From Tubiluchus corallicola (taxonomy: Eukaryota; Animalia; Priapulida): 64,000 nt of DNA. Positions 56,498 through 64,000 of the stretch are shown here, piece after piece. The translations under genes and the position numbers were made by a program. Location: NCBI GenBank assembly GCA_030141605.1, contig JAQGDQ010000691.1, positions 18,881 to 82,880 of the forward strand, given 5' to 3'. Positions within the stretch are counted from its first letter, which is position 1, and each line of letters opens with the position of its first letter. Below the pieces are notes generated by a model. That model was not told the DNA's origin. It was given only the letters and a program-made list of their open reading frames with translations, and did no database searches.

Positions 56498-57548
56498 CTA
56501 AAATCAACAGAACGAGACTCAATACTTTTAATTTAAAGCCAGGACTTATGGCACGACAACATTTTTACAAGCCCCTCTATTTATTCTGTAAGTTTTTGGG
56601 TTGTTGCAAATACAGCAGCCACCACATTGCAAATGCATCCGTTCTGCCACCATGGCTGCACTAAAAACTAAAGATATTAACCTAAAAATACAAAAAATGT
56701 AGGTTTTTGTATTGTTGCAAATACAGCAGCCACCACATTACAAATGCATCCGTGCTGTCGCCATGGCTGCACTAAAAACTAAAAATATTAGCCTAAAAAT
56801 ACAAGCAAAAATACAAAACACGCAAGGGTAAAATTTGATGTTAAGTTTATACAGTAAATTAAAATTAAAATTTTAGGTTTTGAACAAACAATTTTCTTTC
56901 AAAAGTGGGTAAACTACTCAACAGGTTACAAATGCTTTTTCCTTCTTACTAATAAGTTTTATAATAAAATTGTTTTATAGCACCTGTAGTGCCATCTATT
57001 GTAAAATTAGTGTACTTTTTACTGGATGTGCAAAAATATTCACAGAACTTATAGAATCAATGTCCATTTAATATTTTGAGTTTACATGTTTCAGCGTTTG
57101 CTAATGAGTCTTTCCACAAACTAGGCTTCCAGAAAAATCAGGAAGGACAGCCAGGGGCAGATCCAAGTTCAATAACAAGAACAAAAAGCAAACTAGCAGT
57201 GTGTGGTGCTAAGCTGGATTTCAAACTGTCTGCCCAGATATTTGAAACGACTCTGACAATTTAAATGAAAAAAATTACTTGACTAGGAATGATGGTGGTT
57301 AAAAGCGCGTATCCAAGACAAGAACCGGGCAGAAGCAAAACGTGGCAGACTCCCCAGACATGAATCCGCCCTGGCAATACTAATACCCATCTCAACTTAA
57401 CATTTTAAAAGTTAACGTTGCAACGTTTGCTCATGCATCTTTCTCAAAAGTTTTTCACAAAGATCAGGAAAATAGAGCAGCACAGTCTGCCCTGGGGAAG
57501 CAGTCCAGCGTTATTTTTTGAAACCATTCTGATAATTTAATAACATTT

Positions 57549-58050
57549 ACCTGAAACTAACGACTAACCTGACTAAACCTGAGACTAATGATTACACTGA
57601 CTAAACCTGAGACTAATGATTACACTGACTAAACCTGAGACTAACGACTAACCTGACTAAACCTGAGACTAACGACTAACCTGACTAAACCTGAGACTAA
57701 TGATTACACTGACTAAACCTGAGACTAATGATTACACTGACTAAACCTGAGACTAACGACTAACCTGACTAAACCTGAGACTAATGATTACTCTGACTAA
57801 ACCTGAGACTAATCATTACACTGACTAAACCTGAGACTAACGACTAACCTGACTAAACCTGAGACTAATGATTACACTGACTAAACCTGAGACTAATGAT
57901 TACACTGACTAAATCTGAGACTAATGACTAACCTGACTAAACCTGAAACTAACGACTAACCTGACTAAACCTGAGACTAACGACTAACCTGACTAAACCT
58001 GAGACTAATGACTAACCTGACTAAACCTGAGACTAATGATTGCACTGACT
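57549..58050. repeat. 28-bp minisatellite, about 18 copies, two interleaved unit variants
   Basis: cctgagactaacgactaacctgactaaa and cctgagactaatgattacactgactaaa. Confidence 0.93.
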
Positions 58051-58449
58051 ATATGCATGTCTAAGAAGAGAAGGCAACACAAGCACAAACACGACAGACT
58101 CCCTAAACCGAAAAAGACGTGAATCCGCCCTAGCAAGAGTACAGCTTCAAAGAGAACCGACAGGGATGTAAGTTATAAAACTCAGTAGAACATTTAATAC
58201 ACTGGAGCACACAGACAGAGTAAAAGCGAACAAGTGAACAGCTTTCCAAGTTTATTTAAAGACCCATTTTAATAAGTAATAAACTACGCGGCGTGGAAAG
58301 GTCACATTGAACAAAAAGTGGATCTAGGAAAACATAAATTGGCTTTCAATGGCTATTAGCACGCGTTGTTAAAGCAGCAAAGCGGAACAATAATAACAAG
58401 ATTAACACAGTCACGGTAGCTAAATAGAGAAATTAAGTGCTAATGAAGT

Positions 58450-58784
58450 TGTGATGAGCGATTAATAGATTAATCGAAGTAATCGAGATTAATCGTAAAC
58501 AAACTATACTCGAGATTAATCGAAAGCAAAGCAAAGTAGACATGTTCATACATGTCTATAAAAATAGTTAGCGACTACAAAAAACGGCAGACAGCGACGA
58601 AAGCCATGAAGAAGTTTCTAGGCTACATTTCAGTGTTGCAAAGTTTGAAAAATGTGGCTAAAACACTAAACAATTACCGGAAATGATTAATCGTGATATC
58701 GAATTGCAAGAACAAGATTATAATCGAATTAAAGATTTCAAAATCGCCCATCGAATTAAAAAATTTCAAAATCGCCCATCACTG
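58450..58784. mobile_element. hAT-like MITE related to 7059..8582
   Basis: Ends gtgatgagcgatt / aatcgcccatcactg; gattaatcg sub-repeats. Confidence 0.65.
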
Positions 58785-59355
58785 TCAAAGTGAAGTTCTT
58801 TTAGACAAATCACTGTAGAATGTAGATGTAGATGGTTGTGGCAAGACTGGAATCTATCTCAAACTGTAGGATGAGACACTGGGCTGTCAGGAGTGCCTTA
58901 ATCATGTTCGGATGGGTATGCATCATGTCTTTACGAGATAATTCCTCTTGAACAGATGAAATCTCCAAGTATGAGTATCTAAATTCATAGCCACCTATCC
59001 ACTTCCTAACCCGAGTCCAGTTTCACAAACCTGTCACTAACATAGCAACATTGTTATTAACAGCTAAGCAAATGTACTTTGGTGATGGCTTTGTGACACT
59101 GGTCCCTGGTTCTTTTGCTCGGTACTATTACTTCAGTCGTATGCACACGTAGTAACCATTTGGCTATTCACCTTGTGCTATTTCAGCCGTAATGACGCAA
59201 TGCTACAATTTCATTCATCAGGAGCTGCAATTGATTAGGGCATCGTTAACTTATATAAGAGTTGTCACTTGCATGTCACTTGCGTATTGAAAATATTCGT
59301 GCAAAGCAATCTGTCAGTTCTTAATCTGTAGTTTGCAGAATAATGTATGTCAGCA

Positions 59356-59528
59356 TTACATTACGGAAGTGGTGCTGACAAGCCACTGGCGTAGCAGTGT
59401 CTAGTTTTTTTGCTGGATTACTGCTGCGTTTACCTGTCTGAAGGCAGATTTCTTTTATTTTAGAATTCCGCCTGCCAAATGTCTACAATAGACGTGACGG
59501 GCGTATGATGATGATGATGATGATGATG
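59356..59528 (+). mobile_element. 5'-truncated retroposon 3' end with (ATG)n tail; related copy about 11420..11555
   Basis: Flanking direct repeat tatgtcagca; gtgctgacaagccactgg...ttagaattc is shared with 11421..11517. Confidence 0.75.
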
Positions 59529-59595
59529 TATGTCAGCAATTAAGATCTGCACTTTCTAGAAAAATTGAGTTGACGTATTTTATAATTGTCTAAAA

Positions 59596-60680
59596 CAATG
59601 CACTCTCTCAAGCAATCACAATTCATTCTCTCAAACAATCACAATGCATTCTCTCAAGCAATCACAATGCACTCTCTCGAGTAATCACATTGCACTCTCT
59701 CAAGCAATCACAATGCACTTTCTCAAGCAATCACAATGCATTCTCTCAAGCAATCCACATTGCACTCTCTCAAGCAATCACAATGCACTCTCTCGAGCAA
59801 TCACAATGCACTCTCTCAAGCAATTACAATGCATTCTCTCAAGCAATCACAATGCACTCTCACAAGCACTCATAATGCATTCTCTCAATCAATCACTATG
59901 CACTCTCTCAAGCAATCACAATGCATTCTCTCAAGCACTCATAATGCGCTCTCTCAAGCACTCATAATGCATTCTCTCAACCAATCACTATGCACTCTCT
60001 CAAGCAATCACAATGCACTCTCACAAGCACTCATAATGCGCTCTCTCAAGCAATCACTATGCACTCTCTCAAGCAATCACAATGCACTCTCTCAAGCAAT
60101 CACATTGCACTCTCTCAAGCAATCACAATGCATTCTCTCAAGCAGTCACAATGCACTCTCTCAAGCAATCACAATGCACTCTCTCAAGCACTCACAGTAC
60201 ACTCTCTCAAGCAATCACAATGCATTCTCTCAAGCAATCACAATGCATTCTCTCAAGCAATCACAATGCATTCTCTCAAGCAAACACAATGCATTCTCTC
60301 AAGCAATCACAATGCATTCTCTCAAGCAATTACAATGCATTCTCTCAAGCAATCACAATGCACTCTCACAAGCACTCATAATGCATTCTCTCAACCAATC
60401 ACTATGCACTCTCTCAAGCAATCACAATGCATTCTCTCAAGCAATCACAATGCACTCTCACAAGCACTCATAATGCATTCTCTCAACCAATCACTATGCA
60501 CTCTCTCGAGCAATCACAATGCACTCTCTCAAGCAATCACAATGCATTCTCTCAAGCAATCACAATGCATTCTCTCAAGCACTCATAATGCATTCTCTCA
60601 AGCAAACACAATGCATTCTCTCAAGCAATCACAATGCATTCTCTCAAGCAGTCACAATGCATTCTCTCAAGCAATCACAA
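59596..60680. repeat. 23-bp minisatellite, about 47 copies
   Basis: Unit caatgcaytctctcaagcaatca; source of the ORFs at 59644..60710. Confidence 0.96.
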
Positions 60681-61730
60681 CTCAAGCTGAGAAACGTTAA
60701 TTACAAATAAACGACTAAACGACTACAAAATGAAAGGATAGAGATTATATTCTCTAGTTTCTGTGTTCTGTAAAGAACAACAAACCAGGTTCAGCTAATC
60801 AAACACGCAGGAAAACACAAGTAAATCATCTGCAACGCCCAAAAGCTGATGCAGCCAATGGAAAGGAGTAACGTCTCATAGTAACAGTTAACTAAATACT
60901 GCCACTACTATTTGCATAAGAAGCTGGCCACACCAAACACACACAGACGGGAAGTTCTCAGCTTCGTGTTAAACTACGGTTATGTACAGCATGTCCCACT
61001 GGCTGGCTTCTAGGCTAGGTACAGCACGTCCCACCGGCTGGCTTCCTAATGGACCAGCGTCTATATATATATATAATGTACAGCATGTACAGCATGGACC
61101 ACAAACAGTAATGTGAAGAAACCCACACGTTAATGTGGGGTGAATTAACAGTAGGCTATATTCACGGTCACAATGTGACCTTCGCGCCCCCTAGGCGAAT
61201 GAAATTTGTGGTGCTCCCTCAGACGGAGCCGTCCTCTCTAATTTGCTCACACTCGTCTCGAATATTTTGTTACTTGCGATAAATTTTAGCAACATTTGCA
61301 CAGCTGGAGATCCCACATTTCAAATAAAGGGCTTCAAACAAGAGTTCTTTGTCTCAAATGAGGAACCCACTTTAAAACTGACCTACCAATTTCCAACTTT
61401 CTGGGCTTCTTTTCTAATGCTGAAATTTTATTTTAAGTTACAGGAATTATTCAGCAATGCAAAGTATCACCCTCCCTCCCCCCAAGCTTGAGGGTCCCTA
61501 GGGTACAGCCTGTAGGGTAATGCAGCCCTGATTGCACCTTAATCATTACACTTTGCAGTAGTTTAATTATGTAATTGAATGCATTTACAAACTGAAATCT
61601 ATCGCTTAATGGCAGGGCCTGTTTAATGGAAGAACCAACCTCTAAACAATGTATGTACAATTTTAATGTACAATTAAAAATATTGAAATCACAATACAAA
61701 ATGTGCGCATAGAATGCTTTGCTTAAAAAC

Positions 61731-62159
61731 TAGGGGTGAGCATTCTCTACCAGAAAGCGAATTCGAATCGAACCGAATTTGTAACTTTCGAATTCGAATC
61801 GAACCGAAATTCACTGTTTTGAATTCGAACCGAATTCGAATTGAGATTGAAAGATTTTCGAACTAGTTTTCGAACCAGTGTTACAAAGAATTATAGTGAT
61901 ACGAAAAATTAGTCTTACAAAGATCATGCATATCACTAGATTTTGTTCTGCAATAAAACGACTAGTAATTTGTTTAAAGTTGTGTGCAGAAATCACAGCT
62001 AAATTATGCTAATTACATGATGTTTCAATCGTTTTAGTGAACAGGAACATGTGTGATTGAAGTGCTGAATTATTCGAATCTATAGTTTTGGATTCGAATC
62101 GAGTTCGAACTAAAAAAAACTCGTTCGAATCGAACTCGAACGTTCGATGCTCACCCCTA
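61731..62159. mobile_element. hAT MITE, young copy, opposite orientation to 11813
   Basis: Perfect TIRs taggggtgagcat / atgctcaccccta; perfect 8-bp TSD ttaaaaac. Confidence 0.93.
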
Positions 62160-62778
62160 TTAAAAACATCTCGTCTAAAAACAAGAGAAAAGTAATCAAG
62201 ACTTTAACTAACTACACGAGATGCTTATCAGAATTGGAATTGTTGAAACTGTCCAACTTTCTCCCCCAAACATTAAAATAAGCTCAACTTCAGGAGAGAC
62301 TTGGGACTTTTGCTTTAATGCAAATGATTGTTACAGGTACAAAATCTACCTCATTACTAAAGACGATCCATTAATCTGAGAAACTGAACTGGCTGAGGTA
62401 AAAGTAAAATACATTAATTTGAATTTTACATTTTCAATTTTAAAGTAATTTTTATACTCAAACGTGATTAAAATTGACAAGAGCATTCTCAATTTTTGAT
62501 ACAATAGTCTGATATTTACAGTTGCACATACAGAATATTTCTGTTCACATAAAATACAGTAATTATTACCAGTTTTTTAGCAAGAAAAATGCAGTTTAAG
62601 GTTTGAAGTCAGACTTTAATGTTTTTCTTAATTTGTGTTGGTTTCTATATAGTATTGATTTGCCTTTAACTGTATATATTGTGCTATGCTTACTGAGTTT
62701 GATAGAAAGTTCACATTCAAATGTTAAATAAAGTGAGACTTAATTTAAGCATAAACGTGATACAACCATCAGCAATAC

Positions 62779-64000
62779 ATTGTGACATCACTCAGCCCTC
62801 ACTACTATTGTGACATCACTCAGCACTCACTACTATTGTGACATCACTCAGCACTCACTGCTATTGTGACATCACTCAGCCCTCACTACCATTGTGACAT
62901 CACTCAGCCCTCACTACTATTGTGACATCACTCAGCACTCACTACTATTGTGACATCACTCAGCCCTCACTACTATTGTGACATCACTCAGCACTCACTA
63001 CTATTGTGACATCACTCAGCACTCACTACTATTGTGACATCACTCAGCCCTCACTACTATTGTGACATCACTCAGCCCTCACTACTATTGTGACATCACT
63101 CAGCCCTCACTACTATTGTGACATCACTCAGCCCTCACTACTATTGTGACATCACTCAGCCCTCACTACTATTGTGACATCACTCAGCCCTCACTACTAT
63201 TGTGACATCACTCAGCCCTCACTACTACTGTGACATCACTCAGCCCTCACTACTATTGTGACATCACTCAGCCCTCACTACTATTGTGACATCACTCGAC
63301 CCTCACTACTATTGTGACATCACACAGCCCTCACTACTATTGTGACATCACTCAGCCCTCACTACTATTGTGACATCACTCAGCCCTCACTACTATTGTG
63401 ACATCACTCAGCCCTCACTACTATTGTGACATCACTCAGCCCTCACTACTACTGTGACATCACTCAGCCCTCACTACTATTGTGACATCACTCGACCCTC
63501 ACTACTATTGTGACATCACACAGCCCTCACTACTATTGTGACATCACTCAGCCCTCACTACAATTGTGACATCACACAGCCCTCACTACAATTGTGACAT
63601 CACTCGGCCCTCACTACTATTGTGACATCACTCAGCCCTCACTACTATTGTGACATCACTCAGCCCTCACTACTATTGTGACATCACTCAGCCCTCACTA
63701 CTATTGTGACATCACTCAGCCCTCACTACTATTGTGACATCACTCAGCACTCACTACTATTGTGACATCACTCAGCCCTCACTACTACTGTGACATCACT
63801 CAGCCCTCACTACTATTGTGACATCACTCGACCCTCACTACTATTGTGACATCACACAGCCCTCACTACTATTGTGACATCACTCAGCCCTCACTACTAT
63901 TGTGACATCACTCAGCCCTCACTACTATTGTGACATCACTCAGCCCTCACTACTATTGTGACATCACTCAGCCCTCACTACTATTGTGACATCACTCAGC
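62779..64000. repeat. 28-bp minisatellite, more than 43 copies, running off the window end
   Basis: Unit attgtgacatcactcagccctcactact. Confidence 0.97.

Noticed and set aside
59644-60710. His/Ser/Gln-rich ORFs
   Set aside because: They are translations of the 23-bp minisatellite.
56498-64000. Further upstream malic enzyme exon (expected PIVYTPTVG motif)
   Set aside because: Not found by eye on the minus strand; it probably lies beyond the window end.
62779-64000. Telomeric repeat at the window end
   Set aside because: The 28-bp unit is unrelated to TTAGGG/TTAGG and apparently lies within an ME intron.

Overview
This is animal (metazoan, invertebrate-like) AT-rich nuclear DNA with GT-AG introns; it is not prokaryotic, and I see no CRISPR array, operon or defence system. 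The dominant structure is a giant near-perfect inverted repeat: left arm 1..21807 (running off the left edge), a unique 1504-bp spacer 21808..23311, and right arm 23312..45126. A spliced NADP-type malic enzyme gene runs on the minus strand (10 exons visible, 56497 down to 38796; 5' exons not found in the window), and its last four exons are mirrored on the plus strand (1270..6330). A convergent TMEM50-family gene is present only as 3' exons: one in the spacer and two in each arm, so the fold-back at 23311/23312 cuts off its 5' half. Inside TMEM50 there is a 13-copy tandem array of the 5' splice donor and a 1312-bp microhomology-bounded tandem duplication that creates a chimeric extra terminal exon. 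The rest is dense in minisatellites (18-63 bp units), hAT and Tc1/pogo MITEs, SINE/LINE relics, a nested satellite/retroelement/MITE, and a tRNA-derived fold-back element. Most long ORFs in the supplied track are translations of tandem repeats. Whether the palindrome is biological or an assembly artefact cannot be decided from the sequence alone. All comparisons were made by eye.
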